From Candidatus Poribacteria bacterium WGA-3G (GTDB taxonomy: Bacteria; Poribacteria; WGA-4E; WGA-3G): 64,000 nucleotides of DNA. This document shows, piece after piece, positions 17,244 through 26,608 of the stretch. Under the pieces are notes generated by a model, which was not told where the DNA came from, did not search any database, and saw nothing but the letters and a program-made list of their open reading frames with translations. The first letter of the stretch is position 1, and each line of letters starts with the position of its first letter. The stretch spans positions 11,309 to 75,308 of the forward strand of contig ASZN01000014.1 in NCBI GenBank assembly GCA_000406005.1, in the 5' to 3' direction. A program made the translations under genes and the position numbers.

Positions 17244-18281
17244 TTAGAGGTCTAAGTCACTGAGGTAGTCGGCAATCTGTTTCGGTTGCCCATCAAGGGT
17301 CGTTTCCATTGCGGCGATGACCAGCACGAAACTTTTGATGTTGTCCTCAATGCGTGTATCAGAAGGTTCGCCACCATCAAGCCAGTTCAGGAATTCATCG
17401 AACAAATGTTGATGTGCATGATAGGGTATCGGCGGTGCCTCGTAGACCTCTGTTTCCCCACCGACGCGGTGGATCGTCATCTGGTTTCCACCTGCGATCT
17501 CGACGGCGCCCTGCTCAAATTCTGCTCGGTAGTGTTCAGAATTCCAACAATTAATGATGCCTGCAGAGGAGCTGTTACCTTCATAAGAGGTATGAACGCC
17601 GTTATCCATGCGCATCATATAGAAACCGCTGGAGTAGTGCTGGAAGCTTGACCATTCCGGGTTCCAACCGAATCCGATTAAGGTCTCACAATCGCCGCCG
17701 GAGAGGAACCGTAGCATATCAAGATGGTGAACGGAGCCTTCAAAGAGGAGTGCGAAATCCATATCATGTCGCCAATCCCTTCCCCATGAGAGATAGCGAC
17801 GGTAGTCGCAGGCGTATCTGCCTACGATATGTTGGAGTCGTCCCAATCTACCTTCATCACGGATACGGATGAGTTCCTGTTTATTATTCGCGTAACGATA
17901 GTTTTGGATAATAGCGCAGGGTAGTCCGGTTTTCTGTGCGGTGTGCACCATCGCCTTCGCTGCGTCCAAGGTATCCGCGATCGGTTTTTCACAGATAACA
18001 GGCATCCCGTTTTCCATAGCAGCGATTGCGGCGGGACTATGAAATTGTGGTGGGACAGCGATCCCACAAAAATCTGCTTTGACAGATGCACACGCCTCGT
18101 TAAAGTCCGTGAAACGTTGTGAAGTGCTGAGCCCCAACGTCTCGCCTTGTGTTGCAAGAACATCCGTATTCACGTCCGCCAGACCGATGATCTCAATCCG
18201 GTCGCTGAAATTAGTCGTGAAGTTGTGGATCCAGCCACCAGCCATACCACTGCCACCAATCATCAAACATGTTCGTTTCAT
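17244..18281 (-). CDS. Gfo/Idh/MocA family NAD(P)-dependent oxidoreductase
   Basis: N-terminal Rossmann segment MIGGSGMAGGW and the EKP motif (VICEKPIADTLDAAKAM). Confidence 0.85.
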   Translation of the reverse strand: MKRTCLMIGGSGMAGGWIHNFTTNFSDRIEIIGLADVNTDVLATQGETLGLSTSQRFTDFNEACASVKADFCGIAVPPQFHSPAAIAAMENGMPVICEKPIADTLDAAKAMVHTAQKTGLPCAIIQNYRYANNKQELIRIRDEGRLGRLQHIVGRYACDYRRYLSWGRDWRHDMDFALLFEGSVHHLDMLRFLSGGDCETLIGFGWNPEWSSFQHYSSGFYMMRMDNGVHTSYEGNSSSAGIINCWNSEHYRAEFEQGAVEIAGGNQMTIHRVGGETEVYEAPPIPYHAHQHLFDEFLNWLDGGEPSDTRIEDNIKSFVLVIAAMETTLDGQPKQIADYLSDLDL

Positions 18282-18302
18282 AGTAGTTGTCAGTTATCAG
18301 TT

Positions 18303-18356
18303 TTGACCAAGAACTCGCGCCTTAGTAAAAGTATCTGTAGACGCGTTCTTGGTCAA
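18303..18356 (-). terminator. 12-bp perfect inverted repeat downstream of the gamma-CA-like gene
   Basis: TTGACCAAGAAC (18303-18314) pairs with GTTCTTGGTCAA (18345-18356) across a 30-nt loop. There is no U-tract. Confidence 0.3.
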
Positions 18357-18492
18357 GGTTATCAGTATAGTTTTCGGTAACCGCCAAACCAACTGATGAA
18401 CCTCAACCGCCTCCTCGTTTTAAGATTCTATGTTATCGCTATCAGTGCCCGTTTTAACCGTTCTCACTGCGAAACCTGACGACTGATAACCA

Positions 18493-18993
18493 TTAGAGCA
18501 TACGTTTGCCACGTTCAACATAATCGTCTTTGCCGCGTCGGACGCGTTCAAGTTCGGCTTCGGTAGCCTCACGACGTACGACTGCGGGTACGCCCATTGC
18601 GATGGTTCCGGGTGGTATTTCTTGTCCTTCCCGTACAAGTGTCCCCGCTGCGACAATAGCACGTTCACCGATGACCGAACCCGTTAAGAGGATCGCACCC
18701 ATACCGATCAGTGCTTCGTTGCCGATTGTGCAGCTATGGAGAATCGCGCCGTGTCCGATTGTGACATCATCTCCGATAAGGCATGGGATCTCTTTGTCTG
18801 TATGTATAACCGAACCGTCCTGTACGTTCGTGCGGCACCCGATGCGGATCGGTTCTAAATCGCCGCGGAGCACACTGTTAAACCAGATGCTTGATTCTTC
18901 ACCAATGGTTACATCGCCAATGATCATTGCACCCGGTGCAACGAAGACAGAGGCGTGTATATTCGGTGTTATACCCTCATATTCTATCAGCAT
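18493..18993 (-). CDS. gamma-carbonic anhydrase-like / left-handed beta-helix hexapeptide protein
   Basis: Contains VFVAPGAMIIGDVTIGEESSIWFNSVLRGDLEPIRIGCRTNVQDGSVIHTD. Confidence 0.85.
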   Translation of the reverse strand: MLIEYEGITPNIHASVFVAPGAMIIGDVTIGEESSIWFNSVLRGDLEPIRIGCRTNVQDGSVIHTDKEIPCLIGDDVTIGHGAILHSCTIGNEALIGMGAILLTGSVIGERAIVAAGTLVREGQEIPPGTIAMGVPAVVRREATEAELERVRRGKDDYVERGKRML

Positions 18994-19028
18994 TTTTCCT
19001 TCTTTCTGAGCAGTTACAACTTCTTTGT

Positions 19029-19054
19029 AGGCGGGGTTGCAAACCCCGCCTGCA
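19029..19054. repeat. REP-like hairpin AGGCGGGGTTGCAAACCCCGCCTGCA
   Basis: Near-perfect palindrome between the ABC permease stop and the gamma-CA start. A second copy lies at 44407..44430. Confidence 0.6.
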
Positions 19055-19078
19055 GTGTTATTGTGTCGGGTTACTGTA

Positions 19079-20707
19079 CTATTGTGCGACTAACAACTTG
19101 CGAAGGTTGCTTATGCCCCATCTATAGGACACTATGAACACAACAGCAAGGACGAGCATTAACCCCGTAAAGAGAACAAGATTTTCTGTGTGCCACGCTA
19201 TCACTGGCACAATGATGAGTCCAACATTAAGAATAAATATTACCGTAAAGGTCATAACCCGTAAAAGCGGTTTAGGTTGTTGTGTTAATTCCGCCATCCA
19301 CGGCAGCGTTCCAATCGCTGTATTCAATGCGCATCCTGCTGGCAGCGTTATTATAGGTGTCAGCAGCACCGACATCCAATTGTGCCTTGGGATTGGTAAT
19401 AAATAAACGGCGACCACCGACCAAAATTCAGCATAGACCAACGCACAGAGGAGTGCAGTCAGAAATTTTCCTGTGAATACCAATCTCTGTGTGACAGGCG
19501 CGGATTTCAGCATCCACCATGTTTTTGCTTCATCCCGAAAACCGTTACAACTAATACCGAAAGTAATAAAAACGCTGTAAAGTATAATCTGGACGGTAAG
19601 ACTCTCGGCAGCGTTCACGCCACCGCCTTGTATAAGCAAAACACCGATGTGAACTGCGAGAAAAAGCGTAAGCATTAGTATCGCAATTAGCCGTCCGCTA
19701 TGCCTGACATAGATCAGAAAATCTTTTAACATCATGGCTTTTATCGGCCCGCGTCCGAGTGCCACAGCAATCTCTTTTAGCCATGATGCTTTGGAACCAC
19801 CGTTGTGCCGTATAGGTCTACGTTTGGCTTTCAACAAGCGGATATTTTCCCAACCGCGCTGATAAATCAGTTGCGCGACGAGTGTTGCGATCCCTACAGA
19901 CACAACACTTCCGCAGACACCTCCGAGTACCCATCCCCATCGGTCTTGTATTGTAGATTCAGGTGTCCAGATCAATAGGAGTTGCCCAATCCATTCGTGT
20001 GGATACCATTTAGCGGCTGCGTCTGTCGTTTCTGGAGCTGCCCAATCAAGCAAAAACTGTTTCACGGGTATCGCATCAAACGATGTAAAGAGTGTCAACG
20101 GCAAAAGGAAACCCACCGTCACACTGACTGCCGTACCGAGTACCTTGAGTGTTGCAATGAGTCCTCCAGATAAGAAGAAGCGCGCAATGAACATCATACT
20201 GATAGTAACATAACTCGCGATGACTATGAGAAGACATACGCACGTCGGAAATAGCCCTACATAAAAATGCCACGGTAATTCAAAGATTAACCCGAACATC
20301 ACCCACGGCGGCCCCAGGAAACAGAGGATGCTCAGAAGGCGCGTGATCGTAAGGTGGACGAACTTATATCCGAAAATCGCTACTGGACGCATCGGTGTAG
20401 CGTGTAAGAGCGCGGTGTCCGGTGCCTCATATAAAATCTTTAGTGAACCTTCCATCAACTCCTTGGCGACGACAATAACACCAAATGCTACGAATCCGTT
20501 AATTACGCCTAATAGAAGCGTAGGGGCTGCTTCGGTAAGACGTAAATGGCTAAAAAGGGAGTTGCCTAACACCGACAAAGCGACGATGAGAACGAGATAG
20601 GCGATTCCCTTTAAAACGCCTTTCCGCCATGTCTCTCCGCTGTGTTTAAGGTTATTCACCCATCCTTGATAATCGGCTTTTAATAGAACCGTAATATTTT
20701 TTAGCAT
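19079..20707 (-). CDS. polytopic membrane protein, putative ABC exporter permease
   Basis: 542 aa with more than 10 hydrophobic segments, directly downstream of the ABC ATPase. Confidence 0.55.
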   Translation of the reverse strand: MLKNITVLLKADYQGWVNNLKHSGETWRKGVLKGIAYLVLIVALSVLGNSLFSHLRLTEAAPTLLLGVINGFVAFGVIVVAKELMEGSLKILYEAPDTALLHATPMRPVAIFGYKFVHLTITRLLSILCFLGPPWVMFGLIFELPWHFYVGLFPTCVCLLIVIASYVTISMMFIARFFLSGGLIATLKVLGTAVSVTVGFLLPLTLFTSFDAIPVKQFLLDWAAPETTDAAAKWYPHEWIGQLLLIWTPESTIQDRWGWVLGGVCGSVVSVGIATLVAQLIYQRGWENIRLLKAKRRPIRHNGGSKASWLKEIAVALGRGPIKAMMLKDFLIYVRHSGRLIAILMLTLFLAVHIGVLLIQGGGVNAAESLTVQIILYSVFITFGISCNGFRDEAKTWWMLKSAPVTQRLVFTGKFLTALLCALVYAEFWSVVAVYLLPIPRHNWMSVLLTPIITLPAGCALNTAIGTLPWMAELTQQPKPLLRVMTFTVIFILNVGLIIVPVIAWHTENLVLFTGLMLVLAVVFIVSYRWGISNLRKLLVAQ

Positions 20708-20766
20708 GAGAAATGGCTTCGGCTTTCACCTATCAGCAAGAATGGTTCGCAGCGAACTGCTGAGTT

Positions 20767-21525
20767 TTAGGCATCCGCCGTTAGATCAAGGAAAATATCC
20801 TCCAACGTTTCGGTCTGCTGCGGGTTATCACCGGCGGGGTCTACATGGCTTTCGCGCTTTCTCTGCTGTAGTTCCGCGAGCGTTCCGACAGCGATAAGCC
20901 GTCCCTTACTAATAATACCGACGCGGTCGCATATCCGTTCGGCGATTTCGAGGATATGCGTTGTCATGAAGACGGTACATCCCTGTTCACAACGTTCACG
21001 CAAGATTTCTCGGACGGTACGAGCACTTCTCGGATCCAGACCGCTGGTAGGTTCATCAAGGAAGAGTATCTTCGGATGATGCACGAGGAGTGAGATAAGC
21101 AGAATCTTTTTCTGCATACCGTAGGAATATCCTTTAATCTGATCATCCGCGGCATCGGTCAGCTCAAGTAGTTTAAGTAGGATACCCATCTCATTTTCGG
21201 CTTGTTTCGGTGGCACCTCATATAGATCGGCAATCATACGGACAAATTGCCTACCGGTCAACGCTTCATAGAGCTGCGGCGTATCCGGCATCAATCCAAG
21301 AATAGCCTTTGCTTGCAGACTCTGTTTCTGAATGTCGTATCCGGCGAGCGTTGCTGTGCCAGATGTTGGACGGAGTAAGCCTGTAAGCATATTGATGGTC
21401 GTCGTCTTTCCTGCACCATTGGGTCCGAGAAACCCGAATATCTCACCAGCATTTACTTGCAGTGTGAGCGCATCAACGGCACATAACTTACCAAAGTATT
21501 TTGTCAACTCCGAGAGGTTAATCAT
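20767..21525 (-). CDS. ABC transporter ATP-binding protein
   Basis: Walker A GPNGAGKTT, signature-like YSYGMQKK and Walker B ILFLDEPTSGLD. The likely ATG at 21525 overlaps the pspA stop. Confidence 0.9.
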   Translation of the reverse strand: MINLSELTKYFGKLCAVDALTLQVNAGEIFGFLGPNGAGKTTTINMLTGLLRPTSGTATLAGYDIQKQSLQAKAILGLMPDTPQLYEALTGRQFVRMIADLYEVPPKQAENEMGILLKLLELTDAADDQIKGYSYGMQKKILLISLLVHHPKILFLDEPTSGLDPRSARTVREILRERCEQGCTVFMTTHILEIAERICDRVGIISKGRLIAVGTLAELQQRKRESHVDPAGDNPQQTETLEDIFLDLTADA

Positions 21526-22189
21526 TGCCACGACTGCCTAAGATGTCATTTTTGAGGTCTGTAAGTGCTTGGTCCAAGTCGGTTTTTTCGCCTGTCGTTT
21601 CCGTTTCGGTTGTCGTGCGGTGACGTTTTCGTTCCCAAACGTCCGCCTCAACTTCTGTTGTTTTCAACTTCTGTTCTGCTTGTTCAAAGGCTTTAGACAC
21701 GTCATGGTCTATTTCATCAAACAGTAATTTATAGAGTTTTGCGCGCGTTTCGGTCTGTTTCTGACGATAGCAGAGGGTCTCAGCACGTTTCGCAGCATCT
21801 CGGAACCGGTGATAAAAGTCGTGGAGCGCAGTTTTGAGACGATCAACAACTGCCTCTTGTGCATTCATCTGACGTTTATAGTCGTCTGCGCGCGATAGAT
21901 GTTGTTGCTGACGTTGGCGTGCAGCATTCACACGCTCAAGGTCCTCTACTTGCGAAGCGGCATCTGCTTTTTTACCCCATATTTCAGCGGAATCCAGAGC
22001 CGCTTGATAGGCGCGTTTAAGGCGTTGTTCTTCTGCGATTGCTGTCGCGACGAGGTCTTTCGCCTCGGCGAGCCGCTCTTTCATGTTGACGATGGTTTTA
22101 TCAAGTGCTGATTCAGTGCCGTCTACTGTCTCTATAAATCGGGTTATGCCGTCTCGAATCTGTTCTGAAATTTCTTTAAATCCTTTCAC
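21518..22189 (-). CDS. pspA: PspA/IM30 family coiled-coil protein
   Basis: GTG start behind GGAGGG. Heptad-rich sequence with ...VATAIAEEQRLKRAYQAALDSAEIWGKKA, typical of PspA. Confidence 0.65.
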   Translation of the reverse strand: MKGFKEISEQIRDGITRFIETVDGTESALDKTIVNMKERLAEAKDLVATAIAEEQRLKRAYQAALDSAEIWGKKADAASQVEDLERVNAARQRQQQHLSRADDYKRQMNAQEAVVDRLKTALHDFYHRFRDAAKRAETLCYRQKQTETRAKLYKLLFDEIDHDVSKAFEQAEQKLKTTEVEADVWERKRHRTTTETETTGEKTDLDQALTDLKNDILGSRGND

Positions 22190-22333
22190 TGTGTATCCCT
22201 CCGTTGTCTATTTGATGAATCGTTCAATAAAATCAAGCGAGCCGTTTTACCACATCTATTAGAAACGTCTATCCCAAAAAAAGAGAGTCTAAAAAGGGGT
22301 TCGTTCTTATGTCAAATCCAGGATTAAGTATCT

Positions 22334-23215
22334 CTATTCTATTTTCTGTGTCTGCAGTGCCGTGTAGTCGGCATTAACGAGTTGAATGCCGTAAAGTGCT
22401 AACCTATGCATGATACATTTGATTGCTGGGATATTGTTGTCAACTAAAATCGAGGAACGGTCGTGTAGTGCGGCGGCTTCGCCGAATGTGCCACTGCCGG
22501 CAAAAAAGTCCAAGAGTATATCTTCTGGTGACGAATGTACTTTAACGATGCGATTCAGAATACCAAGTGGCTTCTGCGTCGGATAGCCGGTTTTTTCGCT
22601 ACCATTGGTACTGACGATGGTATGCCACCAAACATCGGTGGGTGTTTTGCCTCGTGCTGCCTTCTCTTTACCGACTAAGCCGGGTGCCATGTATGGTATC
22701 CTATCCATTTCATCGAAGTTGAAGATATAATGCTTAGGCGTTTTCGCGTACCATAAGATATTATCATGCTTAGCAGGCCACCACGATTTGGCGCGTCCGC
22801 CGTAATCGTAAGCCCAAATAATCTCGTTCATAAACGATTCGCGCCCAAAAATTTCGTCAAGAATTACTTTACAGTAATGCACCTCCCGGTAATCAATGTG
22901 GAGAAAAAAACTGCCGTTTGGATGTAGCACGCGATACGCCTCTTCAAAACGGGGACGTAAAAATTGCAAGTAGTCATCCAAACTTTCAAATTTGTCAGAA
23001 TAATGTGTACTTTTACCTTTCGTTGTGCGGTAAGTTCTACCTTGAAAGCCGACTCGGTCACCTTGAGCATCCTGTTTAACCTTTAGTTCTGTCCGCTGCT
23101 GGAGTTTTCCTGTATTAAACGGTGGATCAATATAGATCAGGTTGACGCTCTCATCAGGTACATATTCCTGAAGAATCGTGAGGTTATCGCCATAATAGAG
23201 TTGATGTGTGGACAT
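22334..23215 (-). CDS. beta-class N6-adenine/N4-cytosine DNA methyltransferase
   Basis: Motif IV IYIDPPFNTG precedes motif I LDFFAGSGTFGEAA. The likely start is MSTHQLYYGDN at 23215. Confidence 0.85.
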   Translation of the reverse strand: MSTHQLYYGDNLTILQEYVPDESVNLIYIDPPFNTGKLQQRTELKVKQDAQGDRVGFQGRTYRTTKGKSTHYSDKFESLDDYLQFLRPRFEEAYRVLHPNGSFFLHIDYREVHYCKVILDEIFGRESFMNEIIWAYDYGGRAKSWWPAKHDNILWYAKTPKHYIFNFDEMDRIPYMAPGLVGKEKAARGKTPTDVWWHTIVSTNGSEKTGYPTQKPLGILNRIVKVHSSPEDILLDFFAGSGTFGEAAALHDRSSILVDNNIPAIKCIMHRLALYGIQLVNADYTALQTQKIE

Positions 23216-23409
23216 ACTTATAATCCTGCTATAGGTTAGATAGACTATCTGCAACCGGAATTTATTTTTTATCACAGACGCGGGCATCATCTATTCCAGT
23301 TTCTGCTACCGCTTGCAACCTTTCTGGTGTTTTTTATAGCCAAATTATAGCACACTCATGGACAATTTATCAAGTATCTATCGGAATTTTTGCCTTCATG
23401 AGATTTTCC

Positions 23410-23438
23410 TTGACTCTACACAACTTTTCGTGTAAAAT
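23410..23438 (+). promoter_or_regulatory. sigma-70-like promoter upstream of ruvX
   Basis: TTGACT (23410-15), 17-nt spacer, TAAAAT (23433-38). Confidence 0.35.
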
Positions 23439-23538
23439 TTTAAAGTAAATCGGGAAACTGACTAAACAGTGATAGCGATCCAGTGTTTGGCAGTTAACAT
23501 CGCAGCAATTAACAGTCGATGCAAAAAAAGGGAGCGTT

Positions 23539-23982
23539 ATGGAAGTTTTACTCGGATTAGATATCGGCGATATAAGAATCGGTGTTGCACTCAGCGATGA
23601 ACTCGGTGTTGCAGCACATCCACTATGTACGCTCACCCGAAAAAATAGGAAAGTTGACCTGATTGCTATCTCAGACCTTGTCTCTATCCATAAAGTAGAA
23701 CGCGTTGTGATCGGGTTACCGATTTCACTGGACGGTTCCATCGGTCCACAAGCGGAAAAGGTTCAGAATTTCGCCAAACGTTTGGCACAGGTCATTGATA
23801 TCCCGATCGAGTTCCAGGACGAACGTTTTACAACTGCTGAGGCAGAAGATCTTTTAAGGGATCTTAACAAAGACAGAAAAGAACAGAAAGAGCTCATTGA
23901 CGAGGTTGCAGCGGTTATCATTCTTAGAGACTATTTGAACCAGAACAGGGAGACGGAATCAATAGCATCTACTGATAAATAG
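23539..23982 (+). CDS. ruvX: Holliday junction resolvase-like YqgF/RuvX
   Basis: Contains LGLDIGDIRIGVALSD ... VVIGLPISLDGS ... DERFTT. Confidence 0.85.
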   Translation: MEVLLGLDIGDIRIGVALSDELGVAAHPLCTLTRKNRKVDLIAISDLVSIHKVERVVIGLPISLDGSIGPQAEKVQNFAKRLAQVIDIPIEFQDERFTTAEAEDLLRDLNKDRKEQKELIDEVAAVIILRDYLNQNRETESIASTDK

Positions 23983-24050
23983 GTGCTGATTTGCGTTAGC
24001 CTGTGAAAATGTCACAATTGGTGTTTCAGCAATAACCGTCATTAAAGCGT

Positions 24051-25070
24051 ATGAGGTCGACACAAAAAAGACGCGTCATTAAAATAAGTCTCTTGGCATT
24101 CTGTGGTATTAGTGTGCTTTGCCTCGTTGCCTTATCGGTTGCGGCGTTCTTAGTGTTACCGCCGACTTCTTCAAAAGAGAGAGTCAATTTCGAGGTGCCA
24201 GTTGGAAGCAGTTCCCAGACAATTGCGAAGCGGCTTGTCGAGCAAAACTTAATTCGGAGCGAATATGCCTTCCGTCTGATTGTTAAACACAGAGGGACCG
24301 GTAAACGTTTGCATGCGGGAACTTATACGTTGCAACGGAACATGAAGTTGTGGCACATCGTTGACGAATTTGAAAACGGACAGGTTAATTTAGTTAGTTG
24401 GACAGTGCCGGAGGGTTTAACAGTATCGAGTATCGCTGACCTTTGGGAAACGACAGGATACGGTACGGCTGCGGCATTTCGGGAAGCGACCGAATCGGAG
24501 CGTCTATTGACGCAGTTTGGGCTTCAAAACACATCCGTAGAGGGGTACCTGTTCCCAAATACGTACAAGTTCGCGAAAGGGACAACGGCTGATCAGGCAG
24601 TTGAGATGATGCTCAAAGCGTTTAAACAGCGTTGGACTGAAACGTTTGACGAGGCGGCGCGAAATTTAGGTCTGACCCAGCACGAAGTTGTGACGCTTGC
24701 GTCCGTGATTGAGAAAGAGGCACAAGTTAAATCGGAACGTCCTCGGATCGCGAGTGTTTTCCATAATCGACTTAAGGAGAAGTGGCGACTCCAGGCGGAT
24801 CCAACTGTGCTATACGCTTTAGGGAACCCGAAACGGCTCCTAACGAAAACGGATTTACGTGTGGACTCACCGTATAATACATACAGACATCGGGGACTAC
24901 CGCCGGGGCCTATTGCTAGTCCTGGCATTGATTCAATCAAAGCGGCACTGCGTCCCGAAAAAACAGATTATTTTTATTTTGTGGCGATAGGTGAGGGAAA
25001 ACACCACTTTTCAAAAACGCTTTCAGAACATAATAGGATGATACGTAAAATTCGGCGTGCTTCACAATAG
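24051..25070 (+). CDS. mltG: endolytic murein transglycosylase MltG (YceG-like)
   Basis: N-terminal TM segment, then LASVIEKEA, ..YNTY...GLPPGPIASPG.. and YFYFVA..GKHHFSKTLSEHN. Confidence 0.85.
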   Translation: MRSTQKRRVIKISLLAFCGISVLCLVALSVAAFLVLPPTSSKERVNFEVPVGSSSQTIAKRLVEQNLIRSEYAFRLIVKHRGTGKRLHAGTYTLQRNMKLWHIVDEFENGQVNLVSWTVPEGLTVSSIADLWETTGYGTAAAFREATESERLLTQFGLQNTSVEGYLFPNTYKFAKGTTADQAVEMMLKAFKQRWTETFDEAARNLGLTQHEVVTLASVIEKEAQVKSERPRIASVFHNRLKEKWRLQADPTVLYALGNPKRLLTKTDLRVDSPYNTYRHRGLPPGPIASPGIDSIKAALRPEKTDYFYFVAIGEGKHHFSKTLSEHNRMIRKIRRASQ

Positions 25071-25228
25071 CAGGCGGTTTTTAGCGAGAGAGATGCCTCT
25101 GGCGCGAGTCCCTCTTTTCTCACAGCGATTCTTTCCGATAACTGATTGATCTGAAATTAATACAAAAAACGCCTCTGAAACGTAGTGGAAGAGGTTGAAG
25201 AGAGGGACATTGAAACAGCAAACCCACT

Positions 25229-25260
25229 CTGATTAACCGCAAGGAAAATTTAAAAAACGA
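25229..25260 (+). promoter_or_regulatory. conserved leader cassette CTGATTAACCGCAAGGAAAATTTAAAAAACGA-ATG
   Basis: Plus-strand copy of the motif seen at 16764, 41414, 41493 and 59572. Confidence 0.5.
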
Positions 25261-26547
25261 ATGGCAAAGGCAGATTCACAGCAAACAATTCAAGACGAGA
25301 TCACAATGACTGGGACGGGGTTAATGTTAGGACAACCTGTGACATTAACCTTGAAACCGGCACCTGAAGATTCGGGGATCGTCTTTCGACGTGTAGATAT
25401 AGATGGCATTCCCGAAGTGAAAGTCTCCCAAGAGAGTTGGGCAGACATTTTACCACGATGTACCAGTTTACGTAGTGGCGACACAACGGTTAGTAGCGTT
25501 GAACATATCCTTTCCGCTTTAGGTGGTCTCGGTGTCGATAACGCCATAGTGGAATTAGATGCTCCAGAACCGCCTGGACTTGATGGGAGTGCGCTACCGT
25601 ATGTCGAAAATATTCAAACGGTAGGTCTTGTCTCACAAGACGCACCGCGGCACGTCATTGAAGTAAAGGAACCGTTTTCACTCTCATCAGGAGACAGACA
25701 ACTTGTTCTATTACCGGCTGATGCTTTAGAGGTGACGTTCGTTTACGCGCATCCACAAACGACACCGCAAATAGTGACGTTCGAGATAACACCGGAATTG
25801 TATGCCAGCGACATCGCGCCAGCGCGGAGTTTCTGTTTCGAGAATGAGATCGAAGCGCTGAAGGCGCTCGGTATCGGGAAAGGCGCGAATTACGATAACG
25901 TCCTTGTTATTGATACGGCAGGTGAACCGAGCACGCCGCTCCGATTTGATGATGAATTTGCGCGACACAAAATCTTGGATCTGATTGGTGATCTCTATTT
26001 GGCTGGACATCTACCGAGGGCGCATGTTATTGCCATGCGGACGGGACATACGTTCCACGCCGAGTTTGTGCAAGCACTCGCTGAAGCGGGACACCTCGAA
26101 CGGGCACCTGTCCAAGAACCTGTTGAGGTAATGGACATCTATGAAGTGTTACCGCACCGGCATCCGATGTGCATGGTAGATAGAGTCATTGAATATGAGA
26201 GTAAAAAGCGAGCCGTTGGTATCAAGAATGTGACCTACAACGAACCCATTTTTGAGGGACATTTTCCGACGCGTCCAGTCATGCCGGGTGTGCTACAGAT
26301 TGAAGCGTTAGCACAACTTGCCGCTTGGCTTGTGCTTCGGGATATTGGTAAAGAGGGAGAACTCGGTTATTTTCGCTCCATAAGCAAAGCGACTTTCCGA
26401 CGCGCCGTCATCCCTGGGGATCAACTTCGGTTGGAAATAGAGGTTGCACAACTGCGGAGTAGACTTGCACGTATTGAAGGCCGTGTTTATGTTGGAAACG
26501 AACTCGCCACAGAAGCGGAACTGTCAATCGTATTGGCATCTGTTTAA
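25261..26547 (+). CDS. lpxC-fabZ: bifunctional UDP-3-O-acyl-GlcNAc deacetylase / 3-hydroxyacyl-ACP dehydratase (LpxC-FabZ fusion)
   Basis: The LpxC part contains SVEHILSAL.G.GVDN and HKILDLIGDLYL. The FabZ hot-dog part contains LPHRHPMCMVDRV...FEGHFP..PVMPGVL. Confidence 0.9.
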   Translation: MAKADSQQTIQDEITMTGTGLMLGQPVTLTLKPAPEDSGIVFRRVDIDGIPEVKVSQESWADILPRCTSLRSGDTTVSSVEHILSALGGLGVDNAIVELDAPEPPGLDGSALPYVENIQTVGLVSQDAPRHVIEVKEPFSLSSGDRQLVLLPADALEVTFVYAHPQTTPQIVTFEITPELYASDIAPARSFCFENEIEALKALGIGKGANYDNVLVIDTAGEPSTPLRFDDEFARHKILDLIGDLYLAGHLPRAHVIAMRTGHTFHAEFVQALAEAGHLERAPVQEPVEVMDIYEVLPHRHPMCMVDRVIEYESKKRAVGIKNVTYNEPIFEGHFPTRPVMPGVLQIEALAQLAAWLVLRDIGKEGELGYFRSISKATFRRAVIPGDQLRLEIEVAQLRSRLARIEGRVYVGNELATEAELSIVLASV

Positions 26548-26608
26548 GTGACGGTGTGCCATCACGATACATTACTGGCGGGATTTTTAGGATTAGAGAG
26601 AGGCATCT

